The notes below the pieces were generated by a model. The model saw nothing but the letters and a program-made list of their open reading frames with translations. It did not search any database and was not told the DNA's origin. A program made the translations under genes and the position numbers. Source: Adineta vaga (lineage: Eukaryota; Animalia; Rotifera). From it: a DNA stretch of 64,000 nucleotides. This document shows positions 39,442 to 53,040 of this stretch, piece after piece. Every line of letters begins with the position of its first letter. The stretch's first letter is position 1. Location: assembly GCA_021613535.1 (NCBI GenBank), contig CP075497.1, forward strand, positions 11,532,001 to 11,596,000, in the 5' to 3' direction.

Positions 39442-40626
39442 CTAACGAGATTTCATTGTATTTCTTACTTGTCTTTCATAATTTACTGTTTCTAATACAC
39501 GTGGATTTCTTTCTTCATGAAAACGTTTTTTTGCTAATAATGATTTCCATGATTTGAAACCGTATAATTTCTCTCCTAGATCAGTAAGATGAAATGTCAA
39601 TGGAAGATCTTTTTTTGTTAATGGATATGAACGAATAGCTTCATCAGCAACTGGCGCCATATGAAGATATTGAACGATTCTCATTCGATTTGAATTATTT
39701 GGAAAATTTCCATGAGGTAAACGAGAATCCCAAATAAGTAATGAACCTTTTCGAATTGGCATACGTTGAATATGTTGTCGAATAGGATCATCATTAGGTA
39801 TTTGTACTGTCGTTGGATCTCCACCTTTATTTGTATCGATACATAATTGTTGATTTTGTTTTGTCCATGTTTGAATGAAATGTTGAAAACCAGGAACAGC
39901 ATGAAAACCACCATCTTCTTCTCGACAATCAACTAATGCTAAGATGCCTTGTAATTTTCTTCGAAGCATTCCATTATTGGTTGGTTTTGTTTGTGCAGTT
40001 AAGGGATCTGATGAACTATCAAAATGACTTTCTGCTACACTTTCAAAGCCAAATGTAGTCGCTCGACCTGTCAATGGATTCATATCAAGATGAAGCCATT
40101 CAGACATCGTTTTCCATTCATCACGATCTTCTGTTCTATCAATCGAAGGAAAATAGATATTTTTTGTTGGTCGCATTAAACCAGCTCGAGTTATATTGAC
40201 AATTAATTCATCTTCACCTAATAGTGTTCGAAATACTTGATAAATATTGACATTCTGACGATTGTCACAAGCTTGTGGATATAACCAACGTTGATTTCCA
40301 AGAATTCCAAATTTTGAAAAACTAGGCCATCCATTACTCCAACTTTCTGGTTTATCTGCTTCAATTTCTTCATTAAACATTTCACGTAAAAACAGCCATA
40401 CTTCATCGACACTACGTTGACATTGTTCATCCGTTAAAACATTTGATACAACGACAGCACCATGTTTTTCAAAAAATGCTAAGATTTCATCTTGTTGTTC
40501 AACTGTAAAACTGATAATAAACCCATCTGAGTCAACAGGAAGATCTGGTTGAAATATTTCATCATTACCATCAGATATATTTATGTTCGATGGTTTTATT
40601 TCAGTATTACTCTCCGAATTGCCCAT
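39442..40626 (-). CDS. PhyH-like Fe(II)/2-oxoglutarate dioxygenase, intronless (about 394 aa from the ATG at 40626)
   Basis: FFEKHGAVVV, WLHLDMNP (HxD), LQGILALVD...DGGFHAVPG, GSLLIWDSRLPHGNFPN..RIVQY (distal His and Arg); MGNSES N-terminus. Confidence 0.88.
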   Translation of the reverse strand: MGNSESNTEIKPSNINISDGNDEIFQPDLPVDSDGFIISFTVEQQDEILAFFEKHGAVVVSNVLTDEQCQRSVDEVWLFLREMFNEEIEADKPESWSNGWPSFSKFGILGNQRWLYPQACDNRQNVNIYQVFRTLLGEDELIVNITRAGLMRPTKNIYFPSIDRTEDRDEWKTMSEWLHLDMNPLTGRATTFGFESVAESHFDSSSDPLTAQTKPTNNGMLRRKLQGILALVDCREEDGGFHAVPGFQHFIQTWTKQNQQLCIDTNKGGDPTTVQIPNDDPIRQHIQRMPIRKGSLLIWDSRLPHGNFPNNSNRMRIVQYLHMAPVADEAIRSYPLTKKDLPLTFHLTDLGEKLYGFKSWKSLLAKKRFHEERNPRVLETVNYERQVRNTMKSR

Positions 40627-41793
40627 ATCAGTTAATAGCACAATAAAAAGTTCTATATTTGAATAGCAAAAATGCGAATATCCTCTATATAGTACAGATA
40701 TGACTCATCAATATGTGATGTCACTATATCCAACGTGGAAAATATGAATCATATTTCTATTTACTCATTGCGCTACTATTTATATAAATCGATCATTACT
40801 TCTTACATATAATTAGACGATTGTCAGAAAGATCCTTGAGCATAACAGGCATGTATAGCAGAAGAATTTTCGTAATTCGTATAGATAGTGATGATATTTG
40901 ATCAATATTACAGTATGCATATGTAGAGCAATCGATTCCATTTTCTAACTGAGATTATAAACAATTCGATCTATTTTTACTTTTAAAACATAAAAAACAA
41001 ATAAACTTATTGCTCATTTACATAGGTATATATGTTACGAGGCAGAATGACCTATTATTTCATATGTTAATATCGTATAAAAGCCATTCTATACATAATC
41101 TACGTCTATAATTTAATGACGCCAATTTTATATCGACTCCCTCTAAGAAACAGAATAATGAAGTGTATCCTTGAGTGGAAATCATCTTCAAGGTTATATA
41201 AAAGAAGTTTTCATTCACTTTGACAAGTCTAGAGGAAAAAAGGTTTGCATTAATATATAACTTCTTATTGTCAAGTGCATATTGTCCGTTGAGTTCTGAA
41301 TTGTTCACACTTACAAATAGTGACCTTTAAAATAGATCTTAATTATTCAATTTCTTTTTTTTTCTTCTTTCTCTATGAAATCATCGAAATATCGAAGTAA
41401 AGTATTGGACAATTTAATATATACCTTGCTTCTTTACTTGAAAAGAAAAGAAATGAAGGATATAATTTACGAAATATTCGACTTTTCAATTGTGCCCAAG
41501 GAAATGTGTCCTTCGAAAATCTCAAGGCAATATTTGAATACAATATTGAAATGGTAAAAGAATTGATTGACAATGAACATCATTTTCGCAGAAAAATAAG
41601 ATTTAGTCTCAAGTTATCATTAACCTCATTCAACTTTTCAATTCATCTTTCATTCGATTAGCTTGATAATATTTCCTATAGAGAACTATGAAATCATATT
41701 TAAATGTCATGTTATTTCGATAATAAACATATGTGCTAAAAAGAAAAGATTATTTAAAGCTATTCTATTATTTAATCAACACAAAAAGTAAAG

Positions 41794-42647
41794 ATGTCTG
41801 ATGCTTCATTGTATGTTTCGAATACCGGTGCGTAGAAATGATTGATATAAAGATAGATATTATACCATCATTACTTAACAAAGGTGCTCATTAGATGCCA
41901 GAAAAAATATTCGAAAGTTCATACAAACTTTTCGAGAAATGTCTCTGTTGATATTTAGGAAAAGCACATCAAGATGATCAACGATTACATAATCTTTTCT
42001 ATCGTAAATCAAAGCTCGAAAGTGTCAATGAAACATCTGCATTACTCAGTGGTTTTGCTATTGTATGTTTATATAAACAAAGCAAATTCTATTTATTATT
42101 TCTATTTCTTTAGGTAGCAATTGTTGAATTATCACTTGATGCCTATACAAGTCATAATGCCGGTGATACACTTTTGATATGTTATACGATTGTATCATGT
42201 TTACTTGTTGGTGTTCATTTACTTGCTCTATTGATGTCAATGTGTATTCTACCGGAATTAAAAAATGTCATTCGTGATACAAATTCTTGGATAAGAGATG
42301 AAAATAAAAAACCTCTTTCATCATTTGGTATGTGGATTGAAGTAGCATGGATAGTTTCAACGGGTTTAGGATTATTTTTGTTTATACTTGAACTTGGTTT
42401 GATCTTATGGATTAAAGTTAGTGGATATTCACTTACGGCAGCAATATCGGCGATTGTGACACTTTGTCTTGTCGGTTGTCCATTTATATTATTTTCCGTT
42501 GTATTATATATTCGTTTAGCAAGAACAAAAATCTATTTACATCAAACGGATTTAGAAATCATCGAACGTGGTGCTATTGCACGTGGTATATTCGCTAAAC
42601 AATCACCACCTGTTATTGCCATGGCCAATCTTGAAACTATTTCTTAA
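41794..42647 (+). CDS. Orai: Orai (CRAC channel) paralog 2; exons 41794-41827, 41959-42062, 42114-42647
   Basis: Same motifs and intron positions as paralog 1. Confidence 0.93.
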
Positions 42648-44926
42648 AAATATGTTCTTAATGTTGAATACTTGTCTATAATTAACTTTCTAATCAATAA
42701 ATCAATATTCATAGAATGGTTTCATTCATTAAATAAAAGAGAGAAACGAAAGTAAATAAGAAGACACCCGAAGCTCGGTTATATTTTGAATATATATCGA
42801 TTCACTCAGTACATACGTTACCTTACTAGTGAAATATTTGTCTAATGACCTATATGTGCAATTTTTCTATTATTTTCGATTTCATCAAAAAAATGTATGG
42901 ATGTATAAGAATTCATCTCTATTAATATTTATATTGATTTGAGTCATTTCAATAGCTTGTTGATAATCAAAGTACTGGTGAAATCTTCTCAAACGTAAAA
43001 CGTTGTTTTTACTCATGTCTTCTTGTAATCAAACATTGAATCAATATTTAACAGGTAAGAACATTCATCAATAAGATTATCATTCGTATTTTCTTGTTCT
43101 TAGAAAGAAATACTTGCCATATTTATTTCGTCTTGAAAAAATACAAATGAATGTATGTGTATAGTGAATACATATTTCAATAGAGAAAAGAAAAGAAATT
43201 TGCATCGATTGATAGTCAACACTTAAGAGTCAAAGTAAACCCAAGTGAGAAGAGAGAGAGAGAGAGAAAAGATGGATTGTAATGAAAACATACTTCTCGA
43301 TGATTGTGTCTAGAGAAGTATGTATGTATATGGCCTTGTCATTGTTTCTAATGCCTGTTTGCATCCGCAAAATGTTCTTAATGGCTTGTGGGAGTCACTG
43401 GATGACGGTAGCAACAACAAACATCAGTTATATTTTGTCGCTTTACCTCCATAGAGACGTATAGACAAATCTAACAGAAGTGTCATTCGATCAACAAACA
43501 GGTTAATGCAATGATCATTAATTATAAAAAAATGTTATTGTTCACAATCAAAAGAACTTCATAATAACATTTCAATGGTCTCCTTTTCAAAATGAGATTC
43601 TTTTTCACTTCTTGACAGCAATATATATACATATATGAGCGTGTATATCAATGATAAATACTTTCACAAAGTTGATTTCATATGCAGAGAAAATTTAGCC
43701 AAAATAAAAATGGTCTAGACAGCTGTCGATCAATGAAGTGAGTGAGACGTCTCATACGTATGCATATTTATGTTAGTTATTAACAGACTTCTATACTTCT
43801 CTTTTCCCTATTTCTTTATTGCATAAACTGACTTTCTTACAGTGCAACAGCAGCTCAGGGCTATTGTATTATCCAACGGGGTTGTAAATCAACTACATAT
43901 ATACTGTATTATAAGCGAAAGAGAAGTTTCATCCCTTGCTTCTTCTCTCTTCTCTCTTCTCTTACTAGTATGCACAAAAAATATGTTACAGCTTTTTCTT
44001 CTTCTTCTCCTTCGTCTCTATTCTGTACCATCCATATAATCGAAGCTAAAAGGCTTTGGTAACTTACAACAATTATCATAATTCCTTTCTTTCAGGCGTA
44101 TATGTATATGTATATACATTCATAGACGCAATGAACGCATACTCATACGCACGCTTGTATATATAGTTTGATGCATATGTATATATTAGGTCTGAAAGAA
44201 GGAGGCGTTTATTTAACCTTTTATCCACGGACAACGACGTGGTGTTCACCGGTCTCACTCTCCTCTTCATTCAAGTCGATTTGTACTGTAATCGATTTCA
44301 TTTTTCTTGTGTTGATTTTCTTTTCTTTTTTATCAAGTTTCAATTTTGACGAGTAAGTGGATGAGTAGTGAGGAAAAAAAACATTGGAACATAAACAACA
44401 GACAAAAAAGCCGTTTCTTACAAAGATTGATTAGAAAGCAAACAGTAAACTCGAGTAGGAAAAAGAGAAAAAACGAAAAAAAATCACGATCATACAGAAC
44501 AGAAAGTTCGATTGCATTATTTGCGGTTTTATATGTTGATCGTGATAAACTTTCTAGTTAACGCTTGTTAAATTGCTTGTACATCAATAGATTGTGTACA
44601 CAGGTAACAACTTCCTTCAATCTGCAACGATATTACGCATGTCAAATGCTTATTGATAAGGGAACGATAAGACTTACATTTTTCTTCCCTTCATATGCAT
44701 ATAGTTGTACTTATTCCCACATCACCAAAAACGAACCTTTTTTTTCTTCTTATATCAATGATTAGATTTCAAATGAAAATGAAAAGATTCTTTTCTTTTG
44801 TTTTTTTAGATGGTATTATATAGTCTGAATAATATCATTATTGACTAATTGTTCGATTGGCACTTGACCATTGTATAAGAACATCGTTGACATGCGAATA
44901 TCGGATCGCCATGGTTGATTTAGACC

Positions 44927-47364
44927 ATGTTTGGCATCTTTATACAACAACAATTCGTCGCTATTCGACATTTATTTTTTCTTCTTTTCTTCCATTTAAC
45001 ATTCCTAGCAACTCTTTCATCAACTAATATGGTCTATACACCACCGTATGTTCATTATGTTCGTCGACATCTTCAACACCAACAACAACAGCAACAACCT
45101 TTAATTTCATCCGCATCCGCATCCACATCAACAGATCCGAAATTTCTCGCCTCACTTCTTGAACGTTCACGTGCTCAACGTGATACCTATGATGAACGGC
45201 AAAAACTTGTTTCAACTTATAAAATTATCTCTAAAACACAATGTCTATTACAAATGCGTTCTCTCGATGGTTATGTTGATGCAAAACATGTGACAAATCT
45301 TGAAGATACACAAGAAACAAAAGATGGTAAGAATTATTCTTATTTCGACTAGCATACAAGGACAAAGGACAGGAGAAAGACCATGAAATAGATGAGTGTA
45401 TATATATATACACACAAGAGGATAATGTGGATAATTGCGTCAATTTACACATAGGAAATTGCCGAATGTGCTGACGACCTTGGTTCGTTCTCGACATATT
45501 TAGAATAAAATCAAACGAGATGCTAATTGTTCTGAATGTCTATTACATCAAGCAAACACTTGTTGGACTATTGAGGAAAGAGAGAAGAAGAAAAAACAGC
45601 GAATTTTTTCATATCATCATCTGTTATCTTTCAGTTATTTCATTCGACATCTTTTCTTTCTCTCGTTTGAAAGATAATTTATCATATTCTATGCTTTCTT
45701 TTCTCGGTGCAAATCGAAGGGTAAAGAAGAAAAAAAAATCGCGATGTCAAATTAATTAACTAATCTGTTCATAATGATCGTGATCATGCGTATCTATATC
45801 TGATGTACTTTCATTGACCTATGCACGTCGACTATTATCATAGGCTGAGTTTACTGATATTTTCTTATCAGATTCATCTTTCAAATAAGCATGATTTTCA
45901 AGGAGAAGAACTGGCAGTTGATTCGTTATATAATTGATCTGAATGATCTTTTACGTAAAAACAGAGATGAAACTAACTAGATAGATATTCTTCTACTTCT
46001 TTTCTCATGTTTCATCTCATTGATGATCATATAACTTGATTGATTATTAAATATACATTGAGAAAATGAACCGTTTTTTCTTGGGGTCACCATGATCGCA
46101 TAGTTGAAATGATTGCTTTATGACTTTTTATTTGATGATAAATGTCGATTTTGAATAACGTTTTTCTGTCAATTATGTTCTTCCTCTGATACAATTTCAT
46201 ATCGTTTCTTTTCTTTCAAAACACCTCATTAATCATAGAATAAAGCATTAAAGCATCATCTGAAACATGTCAATACTTTCATTAACCCGCCTTGATATTC
46301 GATGTCGAATAGTTATTCGTAAATCTCCAGGGTTCCTTGCGATCGTAATCTGTATATTTGCATTGGTACTGCATCGACTCTTTTTTCCGATGATACATTG
46401 CATCAATAACGATTATTTACAGATTGTTGATGAGGGCTTTCTGCTAGCGAAAGCAGATCTAACTGTGTGAGATTAACATCCAAATAAGTCGTATTTCTCT
46501 GGAAAGTATCATTCGAAAACAAACAGAAATCTGATTCAGTGGAAAAAGCAAGAACGATAATTATCAAAAAGACCTCGATAGAATATTAATAATCCGACTA
46601 ATCAAATTTACTACTAAAAGGATGATAAATCAAAATCAATCTTTTGTTTATATTTTCTAGGGATTTTTTTATTTCTTCCAATTGCTGTTAATCTATTTCT
46701 GGTACAACATAAAGAAAGTAAACGTTATCTTTGTGGTGAAAACAATCAATTATTTGGCCTTGTAAGTCATTTAAAAGATATGAAAAATTCAAATATCATC
46801 AAAAATGTCTCGTTTTTCTAGTTGGAAAGAAACGAACGTCAATGTGTCTTTGAAACAAGACGGTCGGATATTGATTTTGGTCGATGGGATTCCTATCGAC
46901 TTTTTTATGAGAATCCTAATCGTGGTTATCTATCCATTTCGCATATGTGTCATACAAGATTGAGAAGAAAATTTGATAATGATAATTATTTAAATTTTCT
47001 CGCTTTTGTTCGTATCAATACGGATATTTCGATTGAAACAGCTGCTGCACGTCGGATAGTTAATCAAGAAAATCAATCTGGAAGACAAAGAACAAAAATT
47101 ATCAATGGAACAATTAATAAACCACCAAAATTAATCAGTGACTATCGACAACGATTTCGAATATCTCTACCAACAACAACAACTTCAACTTCAACAACAA
47201 CAACAACAACAACAACGACCTCCAGGCCAATACGAAGATTTACGACTTCGACAACATTAACACCTTGGAAATCTTTAATGGTTCATGTTTATAATCCAAC
47301 ACCTAGTTTACATATCCCAATAACAACTCGACGATGGCGTTCGCGAAGAACACGTCGTCCTTAG
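44927..47364 (+). CDS. Divergent fibroblast growth factor, FGF8/17/18-like; exons 44927-45325, 46661-46761, 46822-47364
   Basis: Signal-like N-terminus; PPYVHYVRRH and KLVSTYKIISKT (FGF8 PNFTQHVRE, RLIRTYQLYSRT); KESKRYLC; RQCVFE; phase-1, 101-nt exon, phase-0 layout typical of FGF genes. Confidence 0.72.
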
Positions 47365-47732
47365 TTTAGTGCTTCATTTGTCAGATTTTCCCCTCTCATC
47401 TATAATACATAAATGTATATTACTAATGAGCATGAACATATTATCAATGAATGAGATGATGACATGTCTAATCTAGACAAATTTATATGTAGGCAATTGT
47501 TGTTGTTTTGGCTCTCAATGAAGTTGTACCAAAGCGAATTATACTTGTTTGTTTGTTTGTTTTTCTAGTCTTTTCTTTCTTTTTCTTTTATTTAAAAAAA
47601 TAACTTTATATTCTCATTGTTTTCTTTTCTTTTTTTTTGTTTTCTATTTCTTTCAATTCTTTTCATCAAAAAAATATACATATATATAGACTAAATAGAA
47701 CAAGGAAATCATATTCTCATTTTTCTATTATT

Positions 47733-50700
47733 TTATCGACGTTTTTTCCAATTACTATTCGAAACTGTCTTTGATTTAATATCAAGAACAAGATCACCTT
47801 TTTGTTTATGAATAAAATTGTATAGTAAAGATGCTTGCTTAGAATTGCCCATAATCGATGTTAGTTCTTCTTCATTTAATTGACTTAATTCTCGTAGATT
47901 TGTTACTTTATTCATAATTAATTTATAATTTTTAAATGTTATACCGGGCATACGTATTAAAAGATCCTAAAATGAAATATATCGATAAGAAATATCATTG
48001 TAATTAGTTCATTACCTGAACAATGGAATTGTATCGTTCATCTTCATCAAGTAAATCCGATTCAGCGGTAACTAACATGGCATTTTTTGAATCGGGTTCT
48101 TCACGATCTCTCTGAATGTATGAAATATAACTTAGAATTCGAATGAAATGATTTTACTTTTAAATCTTCAAATAATTCTGCACTTGCATATGGTGATGGG
48201 CACCAAAGAATTCGTAATTTTGGAAAATGCATTGTTAATAAAGCGAGTTTTGATGTGATATCATGTGCACTGAATTCAGATGAGGAATTGTATCTTTGTT
48301 TATTCTATAGGAAAATGAGAAGAAAGAGAAGATCTTCGCAAGAGAAGGATGAATATTACTGCAAGATGAAATGCTTGTTTTTGATCGAATTCAATTAATA
48401 ACATAGGTTTTTTATAGAATCTTGTCATTTGTAAAGCTTGTTGATATAATCGACCATTATTTAATGAACCAATTAAATCCGATACACTCTTTCTTTCAAT
48501 ACAAATTTCCGGTGTTAAAATATAATCTCCAACTTCAAGTGTCACTGGTTCAATATCAATTCCTCGTTTCCAAATTAATGATGGAAGTTCACTACGAAAT
48601 TCTCTCATATCAACAATCACTTTTGGTCGACTATTTGATATCGTTGTTATTGCCATCATTCCACCACGTCTTGTATCATATTGATCAATAGTAGAAGCAG
48701 CACCGGTTCCATATGCTTGTTGATTCGCTGGAGTGGGATCACGATTTAATAATGGATTATATTCATCACGACCTTCTCGTTCCTCTGGAATTACCATTGA
48801 CTTGAACGAGAAATAAAATCGTTTAGAAAGGAGAAAATTTTGATGTAAATCTTACAGCTTTTTCTCGAACGAGATTTTCAAAAGCTTCTTTCTCTTTTTT
48901 AACACTTAATAAATATCGTTGTTCTTCAATGGATTTACCATAGAGAAGAAAATAGATTCGTAATGGATGAGTAGGATTTGTTGCTTTAAAAACCTAGAAT
49001 AAACTTAGTTTTATCTTTGAAAAAACAAATGTGACAATGTATTTTACTTCAAGTTGTCGGACAAATGTTAATGATGCATCGTATAGAATCACAAATCGTG
49101 GACGATATTTATATAAAATCTTTCCAAGAACAAAATGATTATCAATATTTCCACTAAATGGATAAAGAACAGTTGTAGATGGACATGTTATACCATCATC
49201 ATCTTCAATGACATAACCACCTTCAATCTAAAACAAATTTTTAAGAACAAATTTCATTGAAATTATCAAATTTTACTCCTTCAATATCAGGTTTTTCATC
49301 GGTATTTGAATTATTATCGTTTGTTGTTTCTTCTTTTGTATCATTGGTTGTTCGATTCTTCTTAGGTTTTTTTTCCTAAATTAAGATTTTAATCACTAAC
49401 AAATGTGTAATGTTCTTTTTACGGTCGGTTTTTTCGTTTCAGTTTCATTGGTAGTTGATGGATTGAGGGTTTGTTCTAATAAACGTTCAAGCATAACTCT
49501 TCCGCCTAGTAAAAGATACTTCAGAGAGAAATGAAAAGATGATTTATTGAAGATTTTATATATCAATATTCAACCTGTTTTAATTGTGAACATGCTCGAT
49601 CTTCTGCACAGACGATTAAGGTTACTGGTGGTCCTAATTTTTTATTATCTTCATTTTCACGAATTTCTTGTAAAACATCGGCAACGAGTTTTAATTTGGG
49701 ATTTTCTTCTAGTTTCGGTGGTTCTTCATTATCTTTTGCCGTTTGTATTTGTTTCTTTGCTACTTCACCAAACACTCGACATTTTGATGCCTAAATAAAT
49801 CTTTTATCTGCTCTCTCTCTATTCAGACATTCAATTCTCCTACTAACAACTAATAACTTTTCGGCACCAGGTAAATAAAGCCAACTTCCCGTTGATCCTT
49901 GTGATGAATAGACATTCTTTCCACGTGATCCATACATTTTCTCGTTAACAAACACAGCTTGTACTGCATTATAAAACGTCACACAATCATATTGTGTTAA
50001 ATAAAGTACAAATAATCGTAAAGTTTTAATATCATTTAATAATTGTTTTGTTCGAATACTAACTTGATTCCAAATCGGTTGTAATTGTATACGAATTAAT
50101 CGTTCAAATGAACTTAATATCGCTTGATCAACCGTTAATAAATCATTATCTAACCAAGTTGTTGACGAACGAAGTTCTTGTAAACACGCATTAATCAATT
50201 CTGTTAAGGATATTTGAATATTCATCATAAGAATAGTTAATGGAACTTGTAATTCAATGACATCGGGTGAGCAATTTTCAAATGTTGAACGAATTGTTAG
50301 TTGAAATCTTGGATAAAGATAAACATGACGAAGAAAAAGATTCTTCATCACACATTCTAATTGATTATAACCACGAGAGAAATCCAATGCTGAATCAGTC
50401 AAACCTTTAATAAATCCTGTTTTATTTTTATCACGATATAAACGAATTATAAATGATTCGGACGAAGAATCTGTTATACGATGAGCACGATATATTAATA
50501 AACCTGTAATTAAATCTATTGGTAAACGATCCGTTAAGAAATCAACAGTTAAAATTCTAAAGAAACGAAATTTTATGAATTAATTTATCTTTTCCATTCG
50601 AATGGAATTACCGTGCAGTGACAAAGAATAATCCACCTTGTAGATAAAGTTCTTTTCGTTCATGAATCGATACATCTGCAGTAATAACGCGTGGTGGTGG

Positions 50701-50996
50701 ATCAATTCCTTCCATAATTAATTGTTCAATAAAATATGTTTGTTCAACATCAGTACAACCCAAAATAAAGACAAGATTATGTTCAGCACAATATAACTTT
50801 AGCATTTCGCAAAAGATTCGTTCTAAACCTAAACCTCTACAAAGATTTTCCTTATAGAAATATACATGTCAAGTTTTCATTAGATTGATTACCTTGCTAA
50901 GACTAATAATCCATCTTCATGAAACATTTGTAGAAGAATTTCATTTTCATATTGAAGTATTCCATTAATCTTGGCTAATTTTTCCTCGATCTCCAT
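47733..50996 (-). CDS. ERCC4: XPF/ERCC4 structure-specific endonuclease (multi-exon)
   Basis: [74 protein letters not shown], HhH tail. Confidence 0.96.
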
Positions 50997-51196
50997 GGAA
51001 TCTTTTCTGAAAAAGTATCATTTGATTGATAAATCGTTCACAAATATTTGTTCTTTTATTAAAATTTTCCAAAAAAACCCTCCATATCACAATATAAATA
51101 TAACTGACATAATTGCCTATTGAACTATCAATGAGAAAACGCACACACATACATGTACAAAAAGAAATAGCGTCGAAAAGATTTATCAGTCAGAAT

Positions 51197-52668
51197 TTAA
51201 TGAGATTTTTTCTTTTTCTTGACTAAATGAGCAACAGTCGATTTGATCAAAGTTTCATTATAAGTTACGCGAATATGTGTAAAGAGTTTCTTCTTTTCAA
51301 TATCAACGATTTCATATTGCAAATTTGAGAGACCATCATGTGACATTAAGTTTGTTCCTAGATGTAAAAAAGTAAATCTAAAAAGTAAACGAATAATTCA
51401 ATAACAATAACAATGAAAAACAAAATAACCTATTAGAATTTGGAGTATCAGGACGATGTCGTAACATTCGATAACGACCAATCGATGCTGGATAACGAGA
51501 GATACGATATTTCGTAATAATCCTACCGGACATATCTATTCAAATAATTGATAATGATTTTCTTTTTTTTTATGTAGCTATTCAAATCTTACCATCATCT
51601 TCTCCACCCCAACCAAAAAATTGATTTGAAAATCCATTAACTGTTTCCATTTGTTTTACTGTCATAGCTGAAACACCACCAAATATTCCTCGATAGGGTA
51701 ATCTAATCAATAAAAATGTATAACCAAATATTGACTTTACTTTTTTGTTCATTCTTACTCATAATTAAAAGTATTTACAGAGACGGACATATGACGTGGT
51801 TCAGGTGGACATGAATATATATTGCGATCATCTTCAGGTATTAAATCAACATCATGAAATATAAAGCATTGCCATGGATATTGTTTTAACGTTTCACGAA
51901 AACCAATATTAAAGAGTAATGCTCGATTGAATTTGATTCCTTCGATCTTTCGAAATATAGAAAATGAGAAAAAGAGGTTTCTTTTCTGTCGATTAAGAGA
52001 TAGTTACTGGTTCGATCAGATAGATTTGATAATCTATTTGTTGTTTTTGAAGAAATGAATGCATGAAGTTGAGAAAGATTCGTAATTGCATATCTCGATT
52101 TCGATAGGGAATTATAATTGCTACGCGATAATGAGCTGTACAATGAGATGGATGCCAATGACCTCCAAGTTGAATACTTGAATTGGCTAGATGTTCTTCT
52201 ACTTCTTTCATTTCATATGAAAATAAATCTGCTGTGACACGACCAACTGAATTACAAAGAAATCCGATTTAATTGAATCATCTTTCGAAAGAAATAAACA
52301 TTACCTAAATTCGGTGGAAGAAGTGAACATGGTGCCAGTGTTAACTTTTGATTTTCATCTTGAATAAAACAAAATTCAAACAATCGAAATATTTTCTTTT
52401 GAAAAATACCTTTTGTTATTTGTTGTTTATTGAAACGTTTATAATTTTGATGTAATAATAATCGTTCACTCTTTTCAATTAAATCTGCTGGAAGAGGACC
52501 AGGTGGTAATGGCTTAGCAAATGGATCTGCTTCTGTTAAAACACGATCTGGATATGTTTCTGTTTCTGTTGTCGTTTGATAACGTAAAATTGTATAGGTT
52601 GAAAGGACAATAAGATGTAGAACTAACAAAAGGACAAATAAAGGTCGACGTTTACCACGATTAAACAT
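51197..52668 (-). CDS. Beta-1,4-N-acetylgalactosaminyltransferase (bre-4/B4GALT family, GT7), multi-exon
   Basis: Type II TM anchor; [54 protein letters not shown]. Confidence 0.92.
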
Positions 52669-53040
52669 TCTAGTTCAATGAATTTTGATTGTTCGACAAA
52701 TGATTATACAGCAGACATATCACAGAACGTAGATGATTTATCTAATAGAAAATGAAGATGACGAAAATAGTTTTTGAATAACTTTTGTTGGTTTTTTTCT
52801 TCTTTATTTTTGTCTTTCATAGAGATATCAATCGACAAAGAAGTAGAGATAAACGATCACACAATCAGCGCACAGTATCGAACACCACGAAAAGAACAAA
52901 GAGAAAGAAAAGTAATCCACATCGACGATTACAAGTATATATATTTACATAAAGAAAAGGAGATAGTAAGAAGACAAATATTTGTAATTGTCCGAAAAGG
53001 AAAGAAAGAAAGAAAGAAAGAAAAGGAAGTCGTATCTTCA

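Noticed and set aside
40800-41600. Possible decayed coding relic between the dioxygenase and Orai paralog 2
   Set aside because: Short frames with stops and no assignable motif.
24601-50996. A DNA-repair gene cluster (CtIP, macrodomain, XPF)
   Set aside because: The genes are separated by many unrelated genes; chance co-location is sufficient.
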